A DNA stretch of 64,000 bases, taken from NCBI GenBank assembly GCA_047602405.1, contig JASGHJ010000002.1, positions 832,001 through 896,000 of the forward strand, written 5' to 3'. The DNA is from Anaeromyxobacteraceae bacterium. Its GTDB lineage: Bacteria; Myxococcota; Myxococcia; Myxococcales; Anaeromyxobacteraceae. The notes beneath the pieces are model-generated. The model saw only the letters and a list, made by a program, of their open reading frames with translations. It was not told the origin of the DNA and ran no database searches. Every line of letters begins with the position of its first letter. The stretch's first letter is position 1. This document shows positions 31,503 to 41,294 of this stretch, piece after piece. Position numbers and translations under genes: made by a program.

Positions 31503-32438
31503 CTACGCGAACCGCACGCCGCGGCGCATGGCGCGGAGGCGGCGGACGCGCTCCTCGATGGGCGGGTGCGTCGAGAACAGGCGCAGGAAGCTCGCGCCGC
31601 CGCCACCGCCGCGCAGCGGGCTCACGATGAAGAAGTGCGCGGTCGCCGGGCCGGCGTGGTCGTACGGGATCACCTCGTTGCCGCGCTCGAGCGTCTCGAG
31701 CGCGTCGGCGAGCGCGTCGGGGTCGCCGCACAGCTCGGCGCCGGAGGCGTCCGCGCCGTACTCGCGCGAGCGGGAGACGGCGAGCTGGATGATCATCGCG
31801 ACGAGCGGGGCGAGGAGCGCCCAGGCGATCGCGGCGATGGGGTGGCCGCGGTCGTCGTCGGAGGAGCGGCCGAAGCCGAGGATCGCGCCCCACTGGATTG
31901 CGTGGCCGAGCGCGGAGACGAGGCCGGCCACCGCGGCGGCGACGGTCGCGATGAGGATGTCCCGGTTGCGGACGTGGGCGAGCTCGTGGGCGAGCACGCC
32001 CTCGAGCTGGCGGCGGTCGAGGATGCGCAGGATGCCCTCGGTCACGGCGACGGCCGCGTGCTCGGGGTTCCGGCCGGTCGCGAAGGCGTTCGGGGTCGGC
32101 GACGGGATGACGTACACGCGCGGCATCGGCATGCCGGCCTTGCGCGTGAGCTTCTCGACGCTCTCGAAGAGCTGCGGGGCCTCCTGGCGCGTCACCTCGC
32201 GCGCCCGGTGCGCCATGAGCGCGATCCGGTCGGAGAACCAGTACGAGACGAAGTTGATGACGAGGCCGATGCCACCGAAGAGCAGCATCCCCCCGGTGCC
32301 CCCGGCCATCTGCCCGCCGATGGCGAGCACGCCGATGAGGAGGCCCATGAGGGCGGCGGTCTTCAGGTAGTTCCGGCCGAAGCCGGGCTGGCTTCCCGAC
32401 GGGATGCCGCGCACGGGGGTGGATTCGTTCCAGGCCAT
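31503..32438 (-). CDS. htpX: Zinc metalloprotease HtpX (M48)
   Basis: PNAFATGRNP, HELAH, SRSREYGAD, FSTHPP. Confidence 0.95.
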   Translation of the reverse strand: MAWNESTPVRGIPSGSQPGFGRNYLKTAALMGLLIGVLAIGGQMAGGTGGMLLFGGIGLVINFVSYWFSDRIALMAHRAREVTRQEAPQLFESVEKLTRKAGMPMPRVYVIPSPTPNAFATGRNPEHAAVAVTEGILRILDRRQLEGVLAHELAHVRNRDILIATVAAAVAGLVSALGHAIQWGAILGFGRSSDDDRGHPIAAIAWALLAPLVAMIIQLAVSRSREYGADASGAELCGDPDALADALETLERGNEVIPYDHAGPATAHFFIVSPLRGGGGGASFLRLFSTHPPIEERVRRLRAMRRGVRFA

Positions 32439-32583
32439 GGCGTCCTTGTAACCACTGGCCGCCCAGCGTCAATCCGACCGGGGGTGCAAGGGCCTGGATC
32501 CACGGTCGGTTTTTTCGCTCGAGGGGGATCCCCGTGATAAGGCTCGCGAAAGCGGGCGGTATCGCCCGGAGGTGGTGATGGGG

Positions 32584-34672
32584 ATGGCGGCCAAGAAAGT
32601 GGCGGCGAAGGTGGCCCCGCCCTCGGCGAGCAAGAAGCCGGGGAAGGGGAAGGTGAAGGAGAAGGAGCAGCTCGAGCTCGTGAAGACGCCCCCGGCGAAG
32701 AAGCCGGCCGCGGCGGCTCCCGCGCCCGCTCCGAAGGGGAAGGCCAAGGCGAAGGGGCCCGCGGCGCCGGAGCCCGAAGTCTCCGACGTCTCCGAGGTCG
32801 GAGACGCGGCCTCCGAGCCCTCGGCCCGGACGCCGAAGCGCCGCGCCACCGCCGAGCAGATGGCGGCGAAGCAGCGCGAGATTCTCGATCTCCGAGTTCT
32901 TCACGAAGAACCGCCACCTCCTCGGCTTCGACAACCCGTCGAAGGCGCTCCTCACGACCATCAAGGAGGCCGTCGACAACTCGCTCGACGCCTGCGAGGA
33001 GGCCGGCATCCTCCCCGAGCTCACCATCGAGGTGCGCGACCTCGCGCTCGACGCGAAGGGCGAGGGCGAGCTCACGAAGGGCGAGGGGCGCTTCGTGGTG
33101 GTCGTCGAGGACAACGGCCCGGGCATCGTGAAGGCCCAGGTGCCGAAGATCTTCGGCAAGCTCCTCTACGGCTCGAAGTTCCACCGCCTCAAGCAGTCCC
33201 GCGGCCAGCAGGGCATCGGCATCTCGGCGGCCGCGATGTACGGCCAGCTCACGACCGGCCAGCCCATCCGCGTGGTCTCCCGGACCGGCAAGGGCAAGCC
33301 GGCCCACTCGTTCGACATCCAGATCGACACCCGCAAGAACAACCCGGTCGTCACGCGCGACGAGGAGCTCGACGGCTGGCACCAGGAGCACGGCACCCGG
33401 GTCGAGCTCGAGATCGTCGCCAACTGGCAGCAGGGCCAGCGGTTCGTGAACCGCTACGTCGAGCACACCGCGCTCGCGAACCCGCACGCGACCGTGCACT
33501 ACGTCCGGCCGCGGCAGGAGAGGCTCAGCTTCCCGCGCGCCACCGAGGAGCTGCCCAAGGAGGCCGTCGAGATCAAGCCGCACCCGCACGGCGTCGAGCT
33601 CGGCGCGCTCATGCTGATGGCGGGCGACTCGAAGAGCCACGACGTGAAGGGGTTCCTGCAGACCGCCTTCAGCCGCGTCTCCGCCACCGTCGCGGACGAG
33701 ATCGTCCAGCGCGCGGGGATCAAGGGCAGGGTCCGCCCGCGCGACGTCGCGGAGGACCGCGACCTCGCGGCGCGCCTGCACAAGGCGCTCGGCGAGACGA
33801 AGATCATGAACCCGCCGACGAACTGCCTGTCGCCCATCGGCGACGAGCTCATGAAGCGGGGGCTCATCTCCTTCCTCAACGTCATCGAGACCGACGGCCC
33901 CGAGGAGGAGGAGCAGCTCGACCTCGACGGCGCCGCGAAGAAGAAGACGTCGAAGAAGGGGAAGGACGCGAAGGCCGCCGCGCCCGAGGTGCCCGACGCG
34001 CCGCCCGAGGAGGGCGTCGAGAAGATCAAGGGGCACAACTACTTCATCGCGACCGTCACCCGGCCGCCCAAGGTCTATCGCGGCAACCCGTTCCAGGTGG
34101 AGGTGGGCCTCGCGTACGGCGGCTCCTGGCCGGCCGACAAGCCCATCGAGCTCTTCCGCTTCGCGAACCGCGTGCCGCTGCTCTTCCAGAAGGGCGCCTG
34201 CGGCACCACCGATGCGATCGTGAAGACCGACTGGCGGAACTACCTCCTCTCGCAGCCGAAGGGCTCGCTGCCGGTCGGCCCGATGGCGCTCCTCGTCCAC
34301 ATCGCCTCGGTGTGGGTGCCGTTCACGAGCGAGGCGAAGGAGGCGCTCGCGCACTACCCGGAGATCATCCGGGAGATCCAGCTCGCGGCGCAGGAGTGCG
34401 GCCGCAAGCTCGCGACGCACATCCGCAAGAAGAAGCACATGGACTACCAGCTGCAGCGGCGCAGCATCTTCGAGCTCTACATCGAGGAGGTCGCGACCGC
34501 GATCGGCAAGATCACCGGCAAGGCGCGCGACGGCATCAAGCGCGACTTCATGCGGATCGCCGAGAAGGTCACCGAGGCCGAGCTCGAGCAGCAGGACGCC
34601 GAGCTCGAGAAGGCCGCCGAGAAGGTGTCGAAGTCGCCCCGCCGGGCCGCGAAGACTGACGAGGACGAATAG
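32584..34672 (+). CDS. top6B: DNA topoisomerase VI subunit B (apparent 1-nt insertion at ~32882)
   Basis: Repaired QREISISEFFTKNRHLLGFDNP..LLTTIKEAVDNSLDACEE; DNGPG, GKLLYGSKF, SRGQQGIG, RFANRVPLL, VPFTSEAKE. Confidence 0.93.
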
Positions 34673-34675
34673 CCC

Positions 34676-35779
34676 ATGGCCCGCCTGAACGCCGTCGACA
34701 AGAAGACCATCGCGAAGATCGAGAAGCTCGCCGAGTCGGTGCTGAAGGCCACGAAGACCGGCAAGAACCCGTTCGTCGAGATCCCGATCCGGTCGCTCGC
34801 GAACGTCCGGTTCAACGAGAAGAAGCGGCTCATCGAGCTCGGCACCCAGCGCCAGAAGCGCTTCTTCTTCAACGTCTCGATGGCGAAGAAGTTCATGCAG
34901 ACCTTCCTCGTGTCGGAGGCCTGCCAGGAGCTCGTGGAGTCCGGCAAGACCACCAGCATCCGCGACCTGTACTACATGACGAAGCACACGGTCGGGGACA
35001 CGAAGCAGAACACCTTCGAGGAGCAGGACGAGTCCGACCCCATCATCGAGGACCTCGAGGTCTCGGTGGACGCGCTCCGCGAGGAGCTGCACCTCTTCGC
35101 CTCGCGCAAGGGCACGATGGTCGGCCCCATCACCATCCGGGACTCGGGCGACACCATCGACCTGCGCAGGATGGGCTCCGGCGGCTGGGGTGTCCCCTCG
35201 ATCGTCGAGGAGAACGTCATCGAGTTCGGCAAGCACGAGGCGAAGTACGTGCTGCTCGTCGAGAAGGACGCGGTCTGGAGCCGCTTCAACGAGGACAAGT
35301 TCTGGAAGCGCCAGAGCTGCATCATCGTCCACGGCGGAGGCCAGCCGCCCCGCGGCGTGCGCCGCCTCGTGCGCCGGCTCAACGCCGAGCTGAAGCTCCC
35401 GGTCTACGTGCTCGTCGACAACGATCCGTGGGGCTTCTACATCTACTCGGTCGTCAAGCAGGGCTCGATCAACCTCGCCTACGAGTCGATGCGCATGGCG
35501 GTGCCCGACGCGCGCTTCATCGGGCTCTCCTCCTTCGACAAGCTCACCTACAAGCTGCCGTCCAACGTCTCCATCAAGATGGACGACGGCGACGTCTCCC
35601 GCGCGAAGCAGATGCTCGCCTACCCCTGGTTCCAGGCGAAGCAGTGGCAGCAGGAGATCCAGGAGATGGTGAAGTCGGGCGTGAAGTACGAGCTCGAGGC
35701 GCTGTCGCGCCGCGGCATCAGCTTCATCACCGAGGAGTACCTGCCGAAGAAGCTTCGCGAGCGGGACTGGCTGGAGTAG
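34676..35779 (+). CDS. top6A: DNA topoisomerase VI subunit A (Spo11-like)
   Basis: SIRDLYY catalytic Tyr, VEKDA and DNDPWG TOPRIM motifs, KYELEAL. Confidence 0.95.
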   Translation: MARLNAVDKKTIAKIEKLAESVLKATKTGKNPFVEIPIRSLANVRFNEKKRLIELGTQRQKRFFFNVSMAKKFMQTFLVSEACQELVESGKTTSIRDLYYMTKHTVGDTKQNTFEEQDESDPIIEDLEVSVDALREELHLFASRKGTMVGPITIRDSGDTIDLRRMGSGGWGVPSIVEENVIEFGKHEAKYVLLVEKDAVWSRFNEDKFWKRQSCIIVHGGGQPPRGVRRLVRRLNAELKLPVYVLVDNDPWGFYIYSVVKQGSINLAYESMRMAVPDARFIGLSSFDKLTYKLPSNVSIKMDDGDVSRAKQMLAYPWFQAKQWQQEIQEMVKSGVKYELEALSRRGISFITEEYLPKKLRERDWLE

Positions 35780-35850
35780 AAAGCGCTGCCGGAATACTGG
35801 ACCGCGGCCGGAGCCGCGGTGAGACTCCGGGACGAAAAGGAGGCCGATCC

Positions 35851-35979
35851 ATGGCCAAGAAGGGCAACCGCTCCAAGAAGAAGGTGTCGAACCGCTCGAA
35901 GGTGAAGCGTATCCAGGCGAAGCGGAAGCGCGGGCTCTCCATCAAGCGCAAGCGCCGCGCGAAGCGCAGCAACCGGTAG
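35851..35979 (+). CDS. 42-aa highly basic protein
   Basis: Strong SD AAGGAGG before ATG; MAKKGNRSKKKVSNRSKVKRIQAKRKRGLSIKRKRRAKRSNR; followed by a terminator. Confidence 0.8.
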   Translation: MAKKGNRSKKKVSNRSKVKRIQAKRKRGLSIKRKRRAKRSNR

Positions 35980-36008
35980 CGCACCGCGTCCCGCACGCCG
36001 GGATGGCA

Positions 36009-36048
36009 AAGCTCGCCAGGGCCCGCGGCCCGGCGAGCTTCGTCTTTT
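36009..36048 (+). terminator. Intrinsic terminator
   Basis: AAGCTCGCC...GGCGAGCTT stem followed by CGTCTTTT. Confidence 0.65.
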
Positions 36049-36054
36049 CGGGGG

Positions 36055-36102
36055 TCCCCCGTCTCCGCCGCCGCCTCGCGGTGGCCACGCCGGGATGAGC
36101 GG
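36055..36102 (-). repeat. REP-like palindromic element, copy B (diverged)
   Basis: Reverse complement CCGCTCATCCCGGCGTGGCCACCGCGAGGCGGCGGCGGAGACGGGGGA matches copies A and C. Confidence 0.7.
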
Positions 36103-36115
36103 AAGGGCCGGGCGG

Positions 36116-36805
36116 TCAGACGTCGTGCAGCCCGCCGCGGCCGCGGATGCCGTCGGGGCCGTCGATGCCGGGGCCGGTCGGGCAGTGCAGCTCGAGGCAG
36201 AGCGGGCAGTACACGAACCGCGTGCTCCCCGGCGGGACGGCCGCGAGCGACACCACGTAGTCCCACTCGCCGCTGCCGTCGTGGCGGACGGTCCGGCGGC
36301 AGCAGGTGCACTGCTCGACGGCGCCGTCGGGGCGGCGGTGCGCGTCGCCTTCGACGTCGAGGGGCGGGTAGACCTCGCCGAGCGGCAGCTCGCGCACGGT
36401 GCGGTGCACGACCGCGACCGCGACGAGCGCGCCCGCGGGCGACAGGATCGCCTCGAGCCGGGTGGCCACGAGCCGGGCGGTGGTGGCGTCGTTGGCCTCG
36501 GAGGTGTGGATGACCGCGCCGCCGGGGCCGTTGCCCGCGCGGCGCATGGCGCGGTGGAGGAGCACGGCGTGCACGCGCCGCGGGTCCTCGCCCTGGATGC
36601 CGTCGAGCCAGCGGGTGCCGACCACGCCCGCCGAGCCGGCGCGGGTGCCGCCGCCGTTCACCGACGCGAACCGGTCCCACGCCTCGTTCACGAAGAGGAC
36701 GACGCCGTCCGCGTCGAGCAGGCAGGCGGGCTCGTGCAGGCTCGCGAGCTGGTGCATCGCGTGCGCGAAGGGCGAAGGGCGGGCTGTGGCGGCACGGGCG
36801 GCCAT
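36116..36805 (-). CDS. PAS-like domain protein with C-terminal Cys cluster
   Basis: LLDADGVVLFVNEAWDRFA PAS start; CTCC...YCPLC; SD GGAGG. Confidence 0.7.
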   Translation of the reverse strand: MAARAATARPSPFAHAMHQLASLHEPACLLDADGVVLFVNEAWDRFASVNGGGTRAGSAGVVGTRWLDGIQGEDPRRVHAVLLHRAMRRAGNGPGGAVIHTSEANDATTARLVATRLEAILSPAGALVAVAVVHRTVRELPLGEVYPPLDVEGDAHRRPDGAVEQCTCCRRTVRHDGSGEWDYVVSLAAVPPGSTRFVYCPLCLELHCPTGPGIDGPDGIRGRGGLHDV

Positions 36806-36980
36806 CCCTCCTGGGGATTGCAGCCGCGGTGCCACGTCCAAGTGCCCGTGATGAGGGGACGTTCCATTCGGTACGGCCGACCCCGGGTCCCCTCCACCAC
36901 GTCCCGGGCGCGGCGGGGCGCGTGTGAGGGCAGGTGAGCCGCGTTGCGGGCGGGCCCGTCCGCGGGCAGATTCGCCGCCG

Positions 36981-37494
36981 ATGCCGCCCGCCATCGGGGC
37001 CACCGCCCCCGCCGCCAGCGCCCTCGACGCCCTCGCGCCCGAATCCGTCCGCGCCCGGCGGCGCGCCCGCCGTGGAGCTCGCCGCCCTCGCCGCGGGGGG
37101 GCCTCTCGTGCTCGCCTTCACGAAGCGTGACTGCGGGGCCTGCGTGGCGCTCGCGCCGGCGCTGCCGCGCCTCGCGGCGATCCCCGGCCTCGCGGTGGCG
37201 GTCGTCTCCCAGGACCCGCGCCCCGACGCCGCCGCCTTCGCGGCAGCGCACGGCTGGGCCGCGCCGCTGCGCGTGCTCGTCGACCCCGAGCCCTGGCCGG
37301 CCTCGGACGCGTGGGCCACGCTCGCGACGCCGACGGTCGTGCTCGTGGAGCGCGGCGGCCGGGTGGCGGAGGTGCTCGAGGGCTGGAGCCGCCGGGACGT
37401 GAACGCGCTCGCCGCGCGCGCCGCGGCGCTCGCCGGCGCCGCGCCGGTCGTGGTCTCGCCGCCCGGCGAGGGCCCCGACTTCCGCCCCGGTTGA
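36981..37494 (+). CDS. Thioredoxin-fold (TlpA/AhpC-like) protein (apparent 1-nt insertion at ~37042)
   Basis: MPPAIGATAP...LVLAFTKRDCGAC...TPTVVLV; frame restored by GAATC to GATC. Confidence 0.75.
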
Positions 37495-37541
37495 AGCGCC
37501 CTCAACGCGCCGTAGGTGACGGCGCTCCAGTCAGGAGGGAC

Positions 37542-38357
37542 CTACAGCGCCCTGCGCAGCGCCGCCTGCGGGCCGAAGAACGCCCCGCAGCGGTCGAGGA
37601 AGCCGTCGAGCGCGGCGCGCGGGCCCGGCGCGAGGCGGCGCGAGAAGAGCGAGGGCAGCACCTGCCGCGCCTGCTCGGCGCTCTCGGCGTAGCCGTCCGG
37701 CGTGAGCGACCCCTCGACGAGGCGCCAGCGCAGGAAGAGCAGGAAGGTCTGCACCACGTCGCTCATGCAGTACGCGACGATCCGGTCGAGGTCGCCCGAC
37801 GCGTGCAGCGCGAGCACGTCCTCGCCGGCGACGTCCTCCTTGCCGGGAAGCCCCACGAGCTTCGCGTAGAGGTCGAGCGGGGCGGCCGCCGCGCCCGAGG
37901 GGCCGGCGAGCAGCTCCTTGAGATCGAAGTGGCCCGGGCCGCTGCCGCGGCGCGCGGGCGAGACCCACGGCGGCGCGGGCACGCCGTGCTTCAGGGAGCG
38001 CAGCTCGAGCACCGGCAGGTCGAACCCCTTGCCGTGGAAGCTCACGAGCGAGGCGCCGTCGAGGCGGGACCAGAAGGCCTCGAGGAACTCCGGCTCCGCC
38101 TCGCGACGCTCGGACCAGTCGGCGACGTCGACCACCCGGATGAGCCCGCCGTCCTCGACCGCCTCGAGCACGCAGGCGGCGATCGGCCGGTGGTAGGGCA
38201 GGGGGAGGAAGTCGCTCCGGCCGCCGGTGCGGGCCCGCCGCTCGGCCAGCACGTTGCGGAGCTTCTCCGGGTAGGGAAGCGACGGGTTGCCGTCGACCGC
38301 CGAGACGAGCGCCTCGTCCGGCACGGTCTCGAGGTCCAGGGTCAGGAAGCGCCGCAC
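37542..38357 (-). CDS. PolB-related 3'-5' exonuclease (DEDD family)
   Basis: LDLETVPD, SFHGKGFDLP, YCMSDV. Confidence 0.85.
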   Translation of the reverse strand: MRRFLTLDLETVPDEALVSAVDGNPSLPYPEKLRNVLAERRARTGGRSDFLPLPYHRPIAACVLEAVEDGGLIRVVDVADWSERREAEPEFLEAFWSRLDGASLVSFHGKGFDLPVLELRSLKHGVPAPPWVSPARRGSGPGHFDLKELLAGPSGAAAAPLDLYAKLVGLPGKEDVAGEDVLALHASGDLDRIVAYCMSDVVQTFLLFLRWRLVEGSLTPDGYAESAEQARQVLPSLFSRRLAPGPRAALDGFLDRCGAFFGPQAALRRAL

Positions 38358-38554
38358 GGAACGAAGGGTGCCAGGGGGGTCTGACAAGCCCAGACCTTCA
38401 GGCTTTTCCGATTGGACCCTTCGGGGTTTGACACGGAGCGGCAAAAATTCGAGTATCTTGACGCTATGCGGCAATGACGCACGGTCAGTATGCGCCGCGC
38501 ACGCTTCAACACGCCGGCACGCGCCGGCAGCCGAGCAAGAAAGGGAACGAGACC

Positions 38555-39037
38555 ATGGCCGTCACGATGAGCGAGCTTCCGAAGGGCAAGGAGCTGAACG
38601 CGATGCTGAAGAACCAGATCGCGAACCTGCAGCAGACCCTCTCCACGCTGGAGACCGAGGCCCGCGGCCGCCTCCGCGGCGTGCTCGAGAACGGCAACAC
38701 CCGCCTGCTCGAGCTCGACGGTGCGCTCGCCAAGGTCTCGAAGGACGACTTCACCGCCGCCGCGCTCAAGAAGCAGCTCGACGGGCTCCGTCACAAGGCC
38801 GAGGGGCTGCGCGACGACGCGATGAAGAAGGTCGAGGACGTCCCCGCCCAGGCGGTCGAGAAGCTCGTCACCTCCACCCGCGCGCCGATCCAGAACCTCG
38901 CGAAGAGCCTCGCCGACTTCGCGAAGAAGCTCGAGGCCGCGGCGCCCGTGAAGAACGGCACGAAGAAGGCCGTGAAGGCGGCGGCCGAGAAGGCCGAGAA
39001 GGTCGCCGAGAAGGTCGAGAAGTCCGTCACCGCGTGA
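38555..39037 (+). CDS. Helical Lys/Ala-rich protein (phasin-like)
   Basis: Coiled-coil composition, AEKV repeats, strongly biased codon use. Confidence 0.7.
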   Translation: MAVTMSELPKGKELNAMLKNQIANLQQTLSTLETEARGRLRGVLENGNTRLLELDGALAKVSKDDFTAAALKKQLDGLRHKAEGLRDDAMKKVEDVPAQAVEKLVTSTRAPIQNLAKSLADFAKKLEAAAPVKNGTKKAVKAAAEKAEKVAEKVEKSVTA

Positions 39038-39081
39038 GCGGGGTGACTTCGGCCGGGACTCCCGCGAGCCCCGGCAGCCGC

Positions 39082-39112
39082 GAAGGGCCGGGAGATCTCC
39101 TCCCGGCCCTTC
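39082..39112. terminator. Hairpin between convergent genes, possible bidirectional terminator
   Basis: GAAGGGCCGGGA-N7-TCCCGGCCCTTC perfect 12-bp stem. Confidence 0.55.
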
Positions 39113-39134
39113 CTGTTCCGGGACGCGGGGCGCG

Positions 39135-39995
39135 CTACGGCTTCGTCACCCCGAGCTCGCTCGCCGCGCCGGCACCCTTCGCGGTGAGCAGCATCGTGTA
39201 GTGCGCCGGGTCGGCCTTGCCGTCGTCGTCCGGCTTCGCGCCCGTGTGGATCGTCTTCACGTTGCCGCCCGGGACCGTCTCGGCGAGGAACCACTCGACC
39301 GAGCCGCCCGCCGCGTCGCCGAAGACGACGTGGCGCGCCTTGTACGTGCCGGCCGGCACGGTGACGGTGACGACGCCCTTCGTCGCGCCCTTGATGCTCT
39401 CCGGGGTCAGGCGCTGCGGCGGGACGTAGTACGTCTGCTGCGTCACCGGCATCTCCTTGCCCTCCTTCTCGTTGGGCATCTTGGCGCGCATGCGACGGAG
39501 CGTGTAGTCCTTCTTGTCGAAGAGGGCCTCGAGGATCATCGTCGACTCCTCGGGCTTCTTGGGGTCGGCGACGTACTTCACCTTCCACCACGTCGCGCCG
39601 CCCTCGTCGAACAGGTAGGCGCGCTCGAGCGTCATCTCCTTCGCCTCGTCGCCCGAGGCCTTCTCGTTCGGGATCGACCAGCGGGTCCACTCGCCGGGCT
39701 TGTACGGCGTCTCCTCGAGCGAGTAGCCGCCCTGCGAGAACGCCATCGCGAAGATGAACTGCATGTAGAACTGCATCATGTACGGCGACATCGTCGCGCC
39801 GACCTTCGCGGCGGCGGCGTTGCCGACCTGGTTGCCGACCTGATCGCCGACGCGATCCGAGGCGGTGCCGACGGCGCGATCGGTGATGCGGCCGACGATG
39901 CCGCCTGCCGACGGGATGCCGAAGCAGGCGGTGAGGGAGAGGGCGGCCGCGAGGGCGGCGATGGTGAGCGTCGAGGACGGTGACGTGAGGCGCAT
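39135..39995 (-). CDS. Hypothetical lipoprotein
   Basis: LTAC lipobox; YKPGEWTRW and VTVPAGTYKA beta-rich motifs. Confidence 0.75.
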   Translation of the reverse strand: MRLTSPSSTLTIAALAAALSLTACFGIPSAGGIVGRITDRAVGTASDRVGDQVGNQVGNAAAAKVGATMSPYMMQFYMQFIFAMAFSQGGYSLEETPYKPGEWTRWSIPNEKASGDEAKEMTLERAYLFDEGGATWWKVKYVADPKKPEESTMILEALFDKKDYTLRRMRAKMPNEKEGKEMPVTQQTYYVPPQRLTPESIKGATKGVVTVTVPAGTYKARHVVFGDAAGGSVEWFLAETVPGGNVKTIHTGAKPDDDGKADPAHYTMLLTAKGAGAASELGVTKP

Positions 39996-40068
39996 GGTGA
40001 CCCTTTCCAGGAGAGGAGACGAGCGGTCCCCCTGGTACTCCGGGCTGCCCGGTCGGGCAATCCCGTAG

Positions 40069-41241
40069 TTAGGGAGCGGGCGGCGATCCGTCCGGACGTG
40101 GGAGGCCCGGACGGGGCGCGGCCGGGCGTTCCTCGCCCGTCCATGCGCGTTCGAGCGCAGCCCGGAGCGCCCTGCGCGCGGGCCGCTCGAGGAGCCGGGT
40201 GGCGGCGACGGACGCGGCGCAGGCGCAGGCCGTGAAGACCGCCACGTACGGCGCGCCCGCGCGCTCGGTCGCCGGCGGCACGAGCGCGTGCGCGAGGCGC
40301 CAGAGGGGCTCCTGGAGCGCGTAGAGCGCGAAGCTCGCGTCCCCGAGGGCCACCGCGGGGCGGCTCGACAGGGTGCGGGCGAGCGCGCCCTCCTCTCGCA
40401 CGAGCGCGAGCACCACGACCGCGAAGAGCGGCGCGAGCGCGCCGTTGTGCAGGAGCACGTAGGGCACCCCGCCCCACGCGAGCAGGGCGAGCACCGCGAG
40501 GAGCGCCGGCGCGGCCGCCCCGGCGGGCGCGCGGATCGCGCCGCGCGCGTGCAGGAGCCCGAGCACCACGCCGGCGAGGAACTCGCCCGCGCGCGCCACG
40601 GGGTGGAACTTGAGCGCCTCGAGCCAGCGCGGCTCGCCCCAGCCGAAGTCGGTGACGGGGCCGTCGGGCTGGAGCGCGAGCCACGCGAGCGGGAAGGCGA
40701 GGCTCGCGGCCCACGCGAGCGCGAGCGCGACGCGCAGGCCCCGCGTGGAGAGGCGCGAGAGGCGCGCCGCCGCGAACGGGAACGCCGCGTAGAAGGAGGC
40801 CACGACCGACGTGGACCAGCCCGGCGGGTTCCACAGCCGCGCGATCGGCGGCGCCCACGCGTGCAGGAGCGCGAGCGACGCGGCCCCCACGAGCGCCGCC
40901 TTGCCGGCGCCGGCCGCGCCGCCGTCGGCCCAGCGCTCGAGCGCGAACGGCGCGGCGAGCGCGAAGGCGAGGAGGTACGCCGGGTAGAGCCGCGCGGCGC
41001 GCGCGATCCAGAAGGAGCGGCGCGCGGCGCCCTCGAGCGGCGCCGGGTGCGCCCGCGCGAGCACGAACCCGGAGAGCACGTAGAAGAGCCCGACCCAGAC
41101 GTGCCCGCCCGCGCGGACGCGCTCGGCCCACTCCGGGAGCGCGGCGAGCCCGCCGGCGTAGTGGAACGCCACGATCGCGAGCGCCGCGGCCGCGCGCAGC
41201 CCCGTCAGCGCCGACACCCCTCGCGGCCCCGTGCCCCCCAC
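40069..41241 (-). CDS. Acyltransferase family 3 (OafA-like) membrane protein
   Basis: ALTGLR..AAL..AFH, FYVLSGFVL, R.ARLYP, WS.SV..SFY, LGDASFALY. Confidence 0.85.
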   Translation of the reverse strand: MGGTGPRGVSALTGLRAAAALAIVAFHYAGGLAALPEWAERVRAGGHVWVGLFYVLSGFVLARAHPAPLEGAARRSFWIARAARLYPAYLLAFALAAPFALERWADGGAAGAGKAALVGAASLALLHAWAPPIARLWNPPGWSTSVVASFYAAFPFAAARLSRLSTRGLRVALALAWAASLAFPLAWLALQPDGPVTDFGWGEPRWLEALKFHPVARAGEFLAGVVLGLLHARGAIRAPAGAAAPALLAVLALLAWGGVPYVLLHNGALAPLFAVVVLALVREEGALARTLSSRPAVALGDASFALYALQEPLWRLAHALVPPATERAGAPYVAVFTACACAASVAATRLLERPARRALRAALERAWTGEERPAAPRPGLPRPDGSPPAP

Positions 41242-41294
41242 CTCCGGAAATCTGCGGCGAGGCCCGTCCGCCCGGCAGGGCCCGCCGCGGCCGG

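Noticed and set aside
38428..38465. Sigma70 promoter (TTGACA) upstream of the 38555 gene
   Set aside because: The region is AT-rich and probably regulatory, but no good -10 box lies at 16-18 bp spacing.
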